A stretch of 64,000 bases of DNA from Mobula hypostoma. Its lineage: Eukaryota. The stretch lies in NCBI RefSeq assembly GCF_963921235.1, contig NC_086097.1, positions 42,596,001 through 42,660,000 of the forward strand, in the 5' to 3' direction. Positions 1 to 12,897 of the stretch are shown here, piece by piece. The translations under genes and the position numbers were made by a program. Below the pieces are notes generated by a model, which saw only the letters and a program-made list of their open reading frames with translations, ran no database searches and had not been told where the DNA came from. Position 1 is the stretch's first letter. Each line of letters opens with the position of its first letter.

Positions 1-270
1 CCACAAATTCACCACCCTCTAGCTCAAGAAATTTCTCCACATCTCTGTTTTAAATAGGCGCCCCTCTATCCTGAGGCTCTGCCCTCTTGCCCTCTTGCCC
101 TCACCATGGGAAATAGCCTTTCCACACCTACTCTTTCTAGGCCTTTCAACATCTGAATTGTTTCAATGAGATCTCCCCTCATCCTTCTAAATTATAGCAT
201 GTACAGACCCAGAGCCATCAAGTGTTCCTCGTATGATAACCCTTTCATTCCCAGAATCACCCCAGAATCA
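1..270 (-). mobile_element. CR1/L3 LINE 3' fragment
   Basis: Similar to the ORF2 C-terminus of the CR1 at 48694-49909. Confidence 0.8.
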
Positions 271-367
271 ATTCTCTTTATCTTAGTCCACTCAGCTCAT
301 ACAGAAAAACATGTTTTTTCTATCCACTCCATCAATTCCTTTCAAAATTCTAAAAAATGCAAAATAG

Positions 368-405
<38 letters not shown>

Positions 406-824
406 CCTTCTTAATTCGAGAGAATTAAAAGTAGGTTTATGAAACCTCCCTTCATAAGCCAGACCTTAAAGTCCAGATAATATTCTAATAGATCAGCTCA
501 ACACTCCGACAAAGTCCAATTTATCCTTTCAAAGGCTGGAAGATGACTCCAGATCTGGTCAAACTGGCTTTTATACTTCCTCACATTTATATTGCATGAT
601 TTTAATCAATTCAATATACACAAACTGTAATTGATTTACTTAGTTCTTTTTCTCTTCTGTATTATGTATTGCATTGAACTGTTGCTGCTAAGTTAACAAA
701 TTTCACGACATGCTGGTGATAATAAATCTGATTCTGATTATTATAAAGGGAAATTTGTATTAATCTTTTTAATTATCACCCAGTTAATTACGAGATGACA
801 TGTTCCTGTTCACTAATATTTATT

Positions 825-1122
825 TCTATTTATTTATTTAGAGGTACAGCACATAACAGGCCCTTCCAGCCCAACGAGCTGCCTCACCCAGCAAGCCACC
901 TATTTAATCCTAACCTAATCACGAGGCAATTTCCAATCACCAATTGCGCTACTAACCGGTACAACTTTGGACTATGGGAGGAAACCAGAGCACCTGAAAA
1001 AAGCCCACACACTGCATGGGGAGAAGGTACAAACTCGTTGCAGAGGATGCCGGGATTGAACTCTGAACTCTGACATAGTGAGCTGTAATCATGTCATGTT
1101 AACCACTACGGTAGCGTGACGC
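825..1122 (-). mobile_element. tRNA-derived SINE
   Basis: A/B-box-like head (gtagtggtta..gttcaatccc) and (TAAA)n tail on the minus strand; homologous to 17405-17718 and 37466-37747. Confidence 0.75.
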
Positions 1123-1916
1123 ACAACGTTGACTTGTTAACTGAATCCATCTATATTCTATATGGGAAAGGCCATAGCCACACCTGGGCCTTATACATTT
1201 CAATACTTTCAGATTGGAGACCCAGAACATGTCACACATGCAAAGCAATGGAGAATGTTTTGACAGCAGCTTAAGCATAGTCAGCTGTCAAGGACTTCGA
1301 ATGGTCCTAAGAAAACTCATACAATAAAAAGACAATTAAAATTTAGAACAAAAGATTCTTTTAAAAAAAACAAAACATTTTGAAACGCTGAAACATTCAA
1401 ACAAACTCAATAAATTAAAATAAATACAAAACATTTCCAAAAAAAGAGGCAAGAACTCCATAAGAAGTGACATATGTGGACTACATGAATATTGGCATTC
1501 CAAAGGAAGATAGATTTTATCCTGGTGAGTAGCTCTATATAAAGTGATGCTAAAAAAAAGTTAACTATACATTAACTCATTCACCAAAATAATATTTCTT
1601 TAGAGGATCCATGCTGTAGGTACAAATAAAATTTAGCCTCTGCTTTTATATCTTGTTCAGCAATATATAGATTGTTGGGCTTGTCACCCTTATGTCACCC
1701 AGATTCCCATCTGTCCTGCCCTTACTGACAAGTTTGATCTCACTAGCCAAGATCCTCATGAATCCAAGCCATGAGCTGTACAACTGCATCACTCAATAAA
1801 CCTTTGATTGAGAGCAATTCAATGACCCAAGATTTGCCATCTGACTGTACCAACATTCACAAGCTTTCCAAAGCTATGAGATAAAAATAACTTTTAATAA
1901 TTACAGCATACTTTGA

Positions 1917-2255
1917 GTCATAGAGCACAGCACTACCTCACAGAAAAAGGCCCTCCGCCCATCTAGTCCATACCAAACAATTATTCCACCTCGTCCCGAA
2001 GAGCTGTACTTGGCCCATAGCCCACCATAACGCTCCCATCGGTGTAATTATCCAAACATCTCTTACGTGCTGAAATCGAACCTACATCCGCCATTTCTGC
2101 TGGCAGCTTGTTCCACACTCTCACCCCCCTCTGTGAAGTTCCCTCCTCGTGCTCCTCTTAAACATTTCAGCTTTCTCTCTTAACCCATGACCTCTAGTTC
2201 TAGTTTCACCCAACCTCAGAGAAAAAGCCTGCTTGCATTTACCCTGTCTATTCCA
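1917..2255 (-). mobile_element. CR1 3' fragment
   Basis: TRTRGHGL-type C-terminus and 3' UTR. Confidence 0.75.
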
Positions 2256-2328
2256 GTAACATGGAAGCAGGTTCACAGGTTTGGCGAATGAGGCAGAAAG
2301 TACTGACTACAAATAAGTATATTACAAA

Positions 2329-2878
2329 TGTAGCCCTAGATTTGGCTAGTAGCTTAATCTAGGGGAAGACAGCCTCCTTAACTTAAGAAATCTTGTTTGG
2401 GTGGGTGCTACGTGATGTGTCCCCTGTTACAAATCAGTACCACGAAGTAACGAACAGTACACAATATGCAATTAAACAATTGAGCTTTATAATTCTTAAT
2501 TTGACTATAGGGATAGTAAAGAAACAGAAAAGAAAAAGGGTCCTTTCTCATGAAACAGTCTAACGCACAACATTGGAGCCCACGGTTTCCCGTCTGTTCG
2601 TTCTCCATCGATTTTCTCCCCGGGTGTCGACTCCCGACCCCATTCCAAGTCCACTCTGTCCTGCAGTCTACGACTTCCCCGTTCTGGCATCTTCCCTCTC
2701 CACCTTCCGCTGGACAAAAGACCATGAAACCTTCTCTCAGGCCCAAAAGAAAGAAAAACATCCCCCCCCCATTAGCCAGCGCAAATTCCAAAGCCCCCGT
2801 TATCTTGCGTCATAACCCAAACACTGCGCTACAGAGAAATCATGATATCAGCAGGGAAACCTTTCCCAGGTCGTTACA
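2329..2878 (-). mobile_element. Solo LTR, 550 bp
   Basis: TG...CA termini; 4-bp TSD CAAA at 2325-2328 and 2879-2882. Confidence 0.8.
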
Positions 2879-3534
2879 CAAATGATAAAAAATTCAACCA
2901 AACTTTTCAGTTCCCCTGAGTTACACAAACTGCAAAACTAAATATTAAACGAACGGATATTTGGTTAAAGGTGAGTATGGAGCGTTCCTTCCCAGTGGTT
3001 CTGTGAGGCATGCCCTGGGAACAAAAGGAAATAGAGAGAGAACTTCTCACACAGGTTACTCTTACACCCCTCAAGGTGCTTGTAACCGGTCACCAGGAGC
3101 CATGGCGCGCAAGCCAACCACTGAGAAGAGAGGCAGCAGTTTTTAAACTAGTCAATCAACAATCAACACAGTGGCTTTCAACTGGAAAATAAGGCACACC
3201 CCCACACTGCAATACCCCTCATAATTTTGTATAACTTTATCAAATCTCCCCTCTTTCTACTAAACTCCAGGAAAAAATGTCCTAACCTTTTCAACCTTTC
3301 CCTGTACCCAGGACCAACATCCTGGCAACATCCATGTAAATTTTCTCCTTACGCTTTTAATCTCATTAATATCATCAACCTCAATGACTTAAAAATATAA
3401 AACATATCACCTGACAATACATAAAATTCCTTTACATAAAACACACGTAGAGAATTTTTTAAAAATCGAAAACAAAATCTAAAAAAAAATCAATAATTTA
3501 CCCTATTCCTTCTTATTTCTCTTTGAAATCTCAG

Positions 3535-4830
3535 TTGAAATGAATGGCCCTTGTAGATCCTAAACCAGGAATAACTTGGCATAGGTTCTACGTCCAGGTT
3601 TCCAGTATAATTACTGCTTCAGAACCACAAGACCATGTGGGATCCAGCAGGTAGCATATGCTGAGGATTTCATCAACTGAAATGCCTTATAGTCCCAAAC
3701 ATTATGACATTCCCCAGCAAGAATCAGCCCAATACATTCCAGCCAACTATACATAGTTTGAGTCCTAGAGAACACATGTGGAATAGTTGATTGTAATTTA
3801 TTAAATTATCAATATGAGATAAACGCACTGGAACAGCACATTAAATATTTTGGGCATTTAACTCAAATCGTACAAAATGAGGGCCTCTTGATTTACCTGT
3901 ACCTTCTGGAGAAATCTGAATCAACTGATTGACAGGTCCAAGCGAAGCTTATTTATGAATATAATTTAAGTATAAATGAAATCAGTCTGGATGATGGAAA
4001 GCTAGGCTAACAAAAAGTGTCAGAATGACATTATCTAAATTAGACTTGGATCTACACGGTATAACACAGTGGCATATTTTGTTCCAGCTTCGTTCGAAAT
4101 TAATGTATTATATTCCAAAAATAGAAGATACTGCCATCTACCAACTGCTTAGCATAAGAACCATGGGTAATTCATAAGTTTTAAAATGTGAAGTATTCAT
4201 TATAAACAGATAAAGAACGGCTGTAAACTACTTTCTGCAGGTGTATTTATTGGTTTTATCTTCTTTAAGTTACTTTGCCCATCAATTTTTGTCTGCAAGT
4301 AATATATTACTTGTCATTTGACTCAATCTTCATATGCTCCTTCACTAATGGCTTTCAAAAGCCTTGGGGATCACGCAAGTTAAACATAGGAAGTGCCTTC
4401 AGTTTTATGGTTTGCAACCTCGAGCCAGCATATAATTTAGTTCGGTTGATCATATTTAATAGTCGGTGATGGCCACTTTTGTTGGCAGCTTCAGTTGTTG
4501 CATTATTGACAAGACTGCTGAAGGTTCAATCTCTCAATTGACGTTTGTTGACGAATTATCCCATGCAGATCACAAACCCTTCCATCGCGAGTTTAGTGTG
4601 TACTGGCATGCAATGAGTGTTCTTTGAGGTCCTCGTGGAGACTAATGTACTGTACTGAGAAAACTAACCACAAGCATCATGCTGCCTTTAATGTACACAA
4701 AGTGAACATGGCAAAACTTCGTATATTCCAGAAGTTTAGTAATCCTAATGATAAATTGAAAGATGCCACGTTGAATCCACTAGCATTCATTTTGTGTTTT
4801 CTTACTCCAGATTTTAATTATTATTTAAAT
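3535..4830 (+). pseudogene. Decayed large exon: LRR repeats, LRRCT and three Ig-like domains
   Basis: Polypyrimidine/AG acceptor ends at 3534. Translation through stops/frameshifts: RNNLA, LLLQN..AYAEDFIN (LRR-like); W-N-x-D-C-N-L-L at 3779-3803 and FTC at 3892 (LRRCT); EDTAIY-x-CLA-x-N-x-MG at 4124-4170 (Ig F/G strands); IFIC..NGFQKP..RLII..GSFSC at 4326-4498; SLVC..SWRL..AKLRI..CHVES at 4590-4778. Confidence 0.7.
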
Positions 4831-4872
4831 GTACAAATAGATCAGAGATTGGCCATTGTCTGACCTATTATC

Positions 4873-5545
4873 TTGTGCATTTAAGGGATTGCTGGGTGAC
4901 GTGGCCAGAAGGGCCTTGGGTAAGATTTTTACTGCTATGCTGTAGCTGTTTCATTTTAGCAGGTCTCTAGAGCAGTCTGCTCTGCTTTTAGCATATTTGG
5001 GTTTCAGCTAAAGGTATGTGGCTATGTTGCTCAACTTAGGAATGTTGTGTCAGCCAATGAGGATGATGGAATTGGGAGAAGGTTCTAGAGAACGAGGGGT
5101 GGGGAGGTTTTTGTGACGGACACTAGTGTGGATTGAGGTCTTTTTGGCGGGAGCTGGGAGAAGACGGGGGGGTGGGGGGGGGGAAGGTGGCTAAGGATGC
5201 TGCCCCTGTTGCACAAGGTGCTTTGTGCGGATGAATGGCTTCAAGGAGGAAGTACCGGTACTCCCGTGGGGGAGCCCATTTGTTTGAGATAGAGTCCGGC
5301 GACATTTGGAGGGTGGGTGTGTGCTTTCATGCAGACCGTGGGTCCAGCGTCAGAGTTAAAGACAAATTCAACATCAGCTCCAACTTATGTGCACACTTGG
5401 ACTGGGTTAACCGTAATGGGCCCTTTTATTTTTTTTCTTTTCTTTTTCCAACTAACTGTCCAATAAAGCTGAAATTTGTAGATTTACTTTCTTTATAATT
5501 GTATGCAGTGTATGATCAGTTATTTGCTGCCAACGGCTAATTGCA
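4873..5545 (+). mobile_element. Probable LTR related to 2329-2878, boundaries uncertain
   Basis: Shared motifs (ctccaa..tgtgc..gactg, cccttt T-tract); AATAAA at ~5462. Confidence 0.5.
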
Positions 5546-6299
5546 TGTCAGGGTTCAATTCCTGCCACTTACCTGTAAAAAGTTTCTGCGTTTTCCCCAT
5601 GATCGCATGGGTTTCTTCTGGGTGTTCTGGTTTCCTCCCACGTTCCAAAGACATACCAGTTGGTAGGTTAATTGGTCATTGTCTATGTCCCATGATTAGG
5701 CGAGGATTAAATTGGGGGACTGCTGGGTGGCCAGAAGGGTCTACTCTGCGCTGTACATCAATAATAATAACAACTTTCAATGCCTTTGCCAATCTCTCCA
5801 TCCTATTCCTGATTCCTATCCTTTCTGTCCCTTCATCGTTACCCATCCTTCGTGAGCCCCTCCACTGATGTGCAGCCTACACTGCAGACCCAACCTTAGT
5901 CCAGCTACCTTTGGTAGGGAGATCTTAAAAACGGTAACTAGTCCCCGTTATTAAACTCAGCAGGAGCACACCAAACTGCTAACCTCCAGCACCCCACTTC
6001 ACCCGGCCTCCCGTTCCCTGCTTTCTTCCTGCATCTCCTAAGATACCAGGGCGCTGGCATCTCTTCTCTTCTCCCCTCATGCACCCAAAGCCAGCAATGT
6101 CTGTAAATTAAACCCAGTTTCACCAGCTCTGCTCCATCAGTCACACTGGCAAATCCTGAAAGAGGTCAGCCTCAGTCTGTTCATCATTGAGTAAACTACA
6201 CTGCAGACTCTGTAATCTGTATACTGGTGTCAGCAAATGAAGTGTTTCTTCCGCTTTGAGAATACGGGTAGGAAAAAGTCAAAGCAGAAGTAGATTGCT

Positions 6300-6482
6300 C
6301 AACAATGTTATTGATTAAATTCAGTAATATACTGGTGTACAAGAGCAGCTTGACAATATCTCAGTTGTAGAGGACATGAGCTGATTGACCAAGTAGAGGA
6401 TCTCCTACATTCACGTCTTGCAATTACTGAAATGTCGGCTACTTGTAGCTGTGACATGGGAGCAGCAGCTTACCAGACTTGA
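6300..6482 (+). pseudogene. Decayed SEA-like module
   Basis: IKFSNI..QEQLDNI..GHELIDQVEDLLHSRL across frameshifts resembles the SEA pattern (N..Y.E.L.N..S...EL..QVE..L). Confidence 0.4.
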
Positions 6483-7605
6483 GATTAGAAGCCTGGAGTA
6501 ATGAACCAGAGGAATGAGCTCAAAGCTCACCGCAGCAGCTGAGGAACTTTGGCTCACTAAATAAAAAGATGCTTTTCCTAATTGTCAATGGACATGCAGA
6601 GAAAAAAACTTATCTCATTTGCTAATGTCTTCCAGGATAAGTAATCTTCTGTCTCACTTAATTAGGTCTGTTTTTTGACCACAGGACTCGACTCTTGTTG
6701 TGTGCCTTATGTGTGAAGGTCCAGACAAAATCAGCTTGAGCACCAGATTCAGACAAGACAAAAACACGCTCAGACCTGTCTCCTCAGGGACATCCGGGAT
6801 GTTGTATCCTAAATTCATAGATCTGGCTAAAGCTTAGACAAAATCACCTTGCCCTGGATGTAGTTCACAAAGTCATATCTTTCAGCCAATGTCCCTGAAT
6901 CCCGTCCCAAGCCCTCCCCCAGCAGTAAATTACAGCCACCAGAGGGACCAATCATAATGGTCCGCTTCCAGAAGTCCTCCACATTGTCTTAACACCACAT
7001 GAAACGCCATGGCAGGAGATCAAATAAGGTCAGAAAACCTGCAGGTTATCATATATATATTTGAATTTTACTTATTGATTCACAGAAAGTGAACAAGCTA
7101 AAAAATGTCACATTCAGGTCCTAATGAAAGAACTCAGCCGCAAACATTGACTGTTTATTCCCTTCCATAGATACTGTCTGATCTGCTGAGTTCCAGAATC
7201 TGCAGAAACCCTTGTGTTTATTATTCATTGGCAATCCCAAAAGTCATAGCAATGTACAGTCAAGAAAAAGGCCCTTCAACTCACGGTACCTATGCTGACC
7301 CTTATGCATATCTACTCTAGTCCCACATGTCTGCTGAAATTCCATGAGGACACCTCACCTTGCTCACTTGAGTCCCTGACTTTTAATGTTGTTACTGTTC
7401 TTGCCTACACCAACTCATCTGGCAGCTTCTTTCACTTACAAACTATCCTTTGTGTGAAAAATTTTACCAGGTAGGTCCCCCTTTAAACTTCTCACTCTCA
7501 TGCTAAACCTGTCTTTGAGTTTCGAAATGCCACCACCGAGGAAAACAAACACTGAAGATCTACTCTACCTATGTCTCTCATAACTTTATATAACTTTATC
7601 TGAAT

Positions 7606-8350
7606 TAAAGTTCAAAGTAAATTTATTATCAAAGTGCATACTGTATATGTCACCATATACTACCCTGAGATTCATTTTCTTGTGGCCATTCACAGAAGAG
7701 AAAAATAAACACCATAGAATCATTGAAAAACTGCACACAAACAATCCGTGTGAAAAAAAAACAACTGTGCAAATACAAAAAGAAAGAAATGATAATAAGC
7801 AATAAATATACAGAACATGAAATGAAGAGTCCTTGCAAATGAGTCTGTAGGCTGTGGGAACATTTCAGTGATGGGGTAAGTGAAGTCATCCCCTCTGGTT
7901 CAAGAGCCTGATGGTTGAGATGTAATAATTGTTTCTGAACCTGGTGATGTGAGTCCTGAGACCCCAGTACCTTCTTCCTGATGGAAGCAGTGAGAAGAGA
8001 GCCTGGATGGTGGGGGTCCTTGATGATGGATGCTGCTTTCTTGCAACAGCACTCCTTGTAGATGTGCTCAGTGGTGCGGAGGGCTTTACCCGTGACGGAC
8101 TGGGCTGTATCCACTACTTTTTGTAAGCTTTTCCATTCAAGGGTATCAGTGTTTTCATACCAGGCCGTGACGCAACCAGTCAGTATTCTCTCCACCACAC
8201 AGCTATAGAATTTTGTCAAAGTTTTAGATGTCATGTTGAATCTTCACAAACTTCTAAGAAAGTTTGTGCTGTTGTGCTTTTTTGTAATGGCACTTATGTG
8301 CTGGACCCAGGACAGCTGCTCTGTGATGATAATGTTGAGGAATTTAAAGT
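7606..8350 (-). mobile_element. Rex1/Babar LINE 3' fragment
   Basis: ORF 7650-8234 VVERILTGCVTAWY..KAASIIKDPHHP; AATAAA followed by ttactttgaacttt tail. Confidence 0.85.
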
Positions 8351-8693
8351 TTATGTCATTTCTCAGCATCCAGGGAAAACAGGCCCAGTCTATTCAATCT
8401 CTCCTTACGCCCTCTAATACAGGCAACATCTTTATGAATGTTTTCCTGTGCTCCTCTAGCTTAATCACATCCTTCCTTGTCTTGTAGCACTCCCTGCCAT
8501 TCACTCCTTATGTCCCACCCTGGTGAACTTCCCAAACTGAAAGGCTTTTAATTCCATCTGCTGTTCAAGTCAAGTCAAGTCACTTTTTATTGTCATTTCA
8601 AACATAACTGCTGGTACAGAACACAGTAAAAATGAGACAATGTTTTCCAGGACCATGGTGCTACATGAAACAATACAAAAACTACACTGAACT

Positions 8694-10067
8694 ACCGTCA
8701 TCCCGCCGAGACTAGTGGAGAAACTGTCGCTGCTTGGCCTTAACACTGCCATGTGTTGCTGGATTCTGGATTTCTTGACAGAGAGACCACAGTCAGTTCG
8801 TGTTGGCAGGAACATCTCTGACTCCATCACACTGAGCACTGGATCCCCACAAGGCTGTGTGCTTAGCCCATTGCTGTTTACACTGCTAACACGACTGTGC
8901 AGCCAGATTCAAGGAGATCCTGATCATTAAGTTTGCAGATGATACCACAGTGGTGGGGCTCATCAGCAAAAATGATGAAACAATGTACAGGGAGGAGGTC
9001 AAACACCTAGAGAGCTGGTGCAGTGATAATAACTTGATGCTTAATGTCACCAAAACCAAGGAGACGATCGTCGATTTCAGACGGTCTCAGCCTGAGCACA
9101 CACCCCTCAGCATCAGCGGCTCCACAGTGGAGAGAGTGGAAAACATCAAGTTCCTTGGGGTGCAGATCTCGGACAATCTCACCTGGTCCAGGAACACCAC
9201 TGGGATTGTGAAAGGGGCCCAGCAGCGATTGCACTTTCTGAGGAAGCTTAAACAAGCTTCACTCCCCACTAACATCTTCTACATTCTACAGAGGTGTGGT
9301 TGAGAGTGTGCTGACCTTTCGCATCACAACCTGGTACTCCAGCTGCAATGCTGTCGACAAAAAAGCCTTGCAGAGGGTGGTTAGGGGAGCAGAGAAGGTA
9401 ATTGGGGTCTCCCTACCTTCTGTCCAAGACCTCTTTCAGAGTCGATGCCTCCAGAAGACACAGTACATCATTAAAGACCCCTCACACCCTCTCCATGAAC
9501 TGTTTGTTCTTCTGCCATCAGGCAAACGTTACAGGAGCATCAAAACTAAAACCACAAGGCTACTGAACAGCTTCCTCCCACAGGCAGTCAGACTGCTAAA
9601 TAGCTGCTCTACCTGACTCTGCTTTGGACACTTTTAACTTGCACTGGACACTTATAACTTGATTTTAACCGACATGTGGCTGTTGTGTTTTCCTATTTAT
9701 TGTTATGTTTATGATTGAGTGTTGCATTTTGAAGCACCTTCAATTACTCCAAAAGACTGAGGTTTGGTAAAATACTGAAAGGCTTTTATTCGCTGTACAA
9801 TACAACCTCCACAATGAGTGTCTGCCCCCGGACTGAGGGGGAGGGGCAAGGCGAACACCTTTATACAGGACTCTGTGGGAGGAGCCACAGGGGCAGTCAG
9901 CAGAGGGGTGTGTCCAGACAGGTAACTGAGTTACAACATATATACATGGTTTACCACACATTTGTTATGTTATGATTGCACTGCTCTTGGGAAACGCTGT
10001 GTCATTCTGCCCTGCAGAGCTGATGCACAGTTAGAATGACAAGTAAAGTTTTTTGAATCTTTGAATC
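8694..10067 (+). mobile_element. Rex1/Babar LINE, 5'-truncated, frameshifted RT
   Basis: [36 protein letters not shown]; (TTGAATCT)n tail. Confidence 0.9.
9730..9958 (-). mobile_element. Solo LTR, 229 bp (Gypsy-like)
   Basis: TG...CA termini; 5-bp TSD CATTT at 9725-9729 and 9959-9963; TATAAA and AATAAA on the minus strand. Confidence 0.85.
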
Positions 10068-12134
10068 TTAAGAAAAAACACAAAAACCACACTAGACTAC
10101 AGACATATCCAGGACTGCATAAAGTGCACAAAACAGTGCAGGCACTGCAATAAATAATGAGCAAGACAGTAGGCACAGTAGAGGGCAGTAAGTTGGTGTC
10201 AAGCCAGGCTCTGGGTATTGAGGAGTCTGATGGCTTGAGGGAAGAAACTGTTACATAGTCTGGTCATGAGAGCCCAAATGTTTCGGCGCCTTTATCCAGA
10301 TAGCAGGAGGGAGAAGAGTTTATATGAGAGGTGCGTGGGGTCCTTCATAATGCTGTTTGCCTTGCGGATGCAGTGTGTGGTGTAAATGCCTGTGACAGCA
10401 GAAAGAGAGACCCCAATGATCTTCTCAGCTGACCTCACTATCCGCTGCAGGGTCTTGTGATCTGAGATGGTGCAATTTCCGAACCAGGCCATGATGCAGC
10501 TGCTCAGGATGCTCTCAATGCAACCTCTGTCTTTTGCTAGCTAATCTATAACTTGTTGCAACCTTACCCAGCTTTCTTTATGACCCACTATATCATGATT
10601 TTTAGTGTCATCTGCAAACTGGCTAATCATCCCCTCAACATTTTCATCCAAATCATTACAAACAACAGAGGACCCAGCCCCAGATTATGGACGCAACATT
10701 GGGCACAGACCAAGCTTTCTGAAAATCAAAGCTCCACTACCACTCAATGTCTCCTACCACCAAGCCAATTTTGTATCCAATTTGCTAACTCATGTTTCAC
10801 TTGGGTAGCTTACAATCCAATGGCTAAATTTTCCATTTTCAAGTAACCCACATACTTACCTAGCCGCCTAGTTTTCTTCTCATTTGGTTCATTCCTCTCA
10901 TCCCCTTCCCTTCCGCCCCCCCACCCCAACTGATTCTACTTATTAACATCCAGTCTCGAAACACCTCTCACCCCACCACCACTGTTTTCTTTCAAGCCTC
11001 AATGAAATGCTGGCTTATATCTTTTGCCTTCACAGATGCCTCTTGACCCATTGAGATCTTCCACTGTTCTGTCCTTTGTTCTAGATTCCAATATCTGTTT
11101 CGATGTCCTAGATGCTATGGTCATTAAAACGAACAGGTTAAGATTACTTACCTACAATCATTGATTGGAATACGGCCAGTGTGCTAATATGCCAACTTCA
11201 TGCTGTCTGCTTACTTCCATGATATCAATGTCCATTAAGCTTTAACCATATAATCATGCATGATTTCTTACAGTCACCCTGCTATTCTGGACTTATAGAC
11301 TGGCTGCAAGAAACCATGCATGATTGTATGGTTAACTGAATCAGCTGATGTCTCCTTGTTCTGCACCTCACTTGACTGAGTCCATAAAACGAGAAGTATT
11401 AGCAACAGAAGATCATTAGATCCTTTGAGCTTTCTCTGCCATTCATTAAAACTGCAGCTGATCATTTTGGGAAGTTTCACCAGGATGGGACATAAGGAGT
11501 GAATGGCAGGGAGTGCTACAGGACAAGGAAGGATGTGATTAAGCTAAAGGAGCACAGGAAAACATTCATAAAGATGTTGCCTGTATTAGAAGGCATAAGG
11601 AGAGACTGAATAGCTGATCTCAGAGTGATCTCAGTCACTTTTCAATCCTATAACAACTAACTTTAGTTTGCTTATTGATTAAAACTCCAACTCAGTTTTG
11701 GATACATTCAAGAATTGTCATGGTCTGGATCGGGGTCCCTTTAAATTTACCTTGTTTATGTTATGATCCGGAGCATTGATTCCCTGTTTTCCCGTGTCCC
11801 TTGACTTTGGTGATTAGAGGCATCTAACGCTCGGCTGAACTGGTAGTTTATAGTCTCCGGCTTTCAGCCGTTCGGTGCGGGAGTGTCTGCAAAGTCATCT
11901 AAGGTACGGTGTGCCGATGTCATCTGGCCGGAGCAAGCCTAGTCTCTGCCAAAGCGAGTGCCGGTAATTCGCCTCTCCTCACCGGAGCAACCCAGTCCAG
12001 TTACCTCGCCAAAGCGAGCCTGAAAAGTTTCCTCACCGAGGTGGGTCCGTCAGTTAACCCGCCGGAGGGAATCAAGAACCGCTGTCTACTGTTCCCGGGC
12101 CGAGTCCAGAGCTCGCCACTACCCGGAGGCTCCA

Positions 12135-12470
12135 AGTCAAGTCCTGGCTCCGGCGGCATTCAAGCACCAAGTCAAATCCTGTCCCTGGCGGCATTCTAGC
12201 ACCAAGTCAAGTCCTGGTCCTGGCGGCATTCTAGCACCAAATCAAGTCCTGGCTCTGGCAGCATTCAAGCACTAAGTCAAATCCTGATCCTGGCAGCATT
12301 CTAGCACCAAGTCAAGTCCTGGCCCTGGCAGCATTCTAGCACCAAGTCAAGTCCTGGTCCTGGCAGCATTCTAGCACCAAGTCAAGTCCTAGCCCTGGCG
12401 GTATTCTTAGCACCAAGTCAGGTCCTGGCCCTGGCAGCTTCCCAGTTCTGAGTCAAGTCCTAGCCCTGGC
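12135..12470 (+). repeat. ~35-bp tandem array inside the LTR, about 10 copies
   Basis: Unit AGCACCAAGTCAAGTCCTGGCCCTGGCAGCATTCT. Confidence 0.9.
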
Positions 12471-12616
12471 GATCTGTGATTCCTGTCCTACCCCCTTGTC
12501 TGAATCCCTTCTCTGCCCCTCTCGCCTCTAGCCCTCGTCTGCAGCCCCCGCCTGCACTTCGGTCTAGTTCCATCACTGGAGCTAGATAGGTACTGTCTGG
12601 TGTTCATCCGTGTTGG

Positions 12617-12897
12617 TCTTGTCTTGTCTTGTCCCCGCCTCTGTGGGGTAAGTCAGGCCATCTTGCCGTTGCCCCACGGGGGTCATGTCTTGCCTTGTCT
12701 TGTCCTCGCCTCTGTGGGTAAGTCAGGCTGTCTTGCCGTTGCCCCACGGGGAATCATGTCCTGTCATGTCTTGTCCTCGACTCTGTGGGGTAGGTCGGGC
12801 CGTCTTGCCGTTGCCCCGCAGGGGGTCATGTTTTGTCTTGTCTTGTCCTCGCCTCCGTGGGGTAAGTCAGGCCGTCTTGCTATTGCCCCGCGGAGGG
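12617..12897 (+). repeat. ~70-bp tandem array inside the LTR, about 4 copies
   Basis: Unit GTCTTGTCCTCGCCTCTGTGGGGTAAGTCAGGCCGTCTTGCCGTTGCCCCACGGGG.. Confidence 0.9.

Larger units (their letters stand above)
8565..10530 (-). mobile_element. Rex1/Babar 3' fragment (8565-8693 + 10068-10530) split by an insertion
   Basis: (CAAGT)n tail at 8566; ORF 10292-10492 AWFGNCT..LQRIVRSAEKIIG. Confidence 0.75.

Noticed and set aside
4226..4300. Transmembrane-like reading LLSAGVFIGFIFFKLL
   Set aside because: It falls between two Ig-like motifs in T-rich decayed sequence and is probably off-frame; not fully excluded, and it would change the single-gene model if real.
11274..11440. Possible additional pseudo-exon after the tttcttacag acceptor
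   Set aside because: No frame gave a recognisable motif; left uncalled.
12135..12470. CRISPR-like regular 35-bp repeats
   Set aside because: Head-to-tail units without unique spacers, inside a eukaryotic LTR, and no cas genes.
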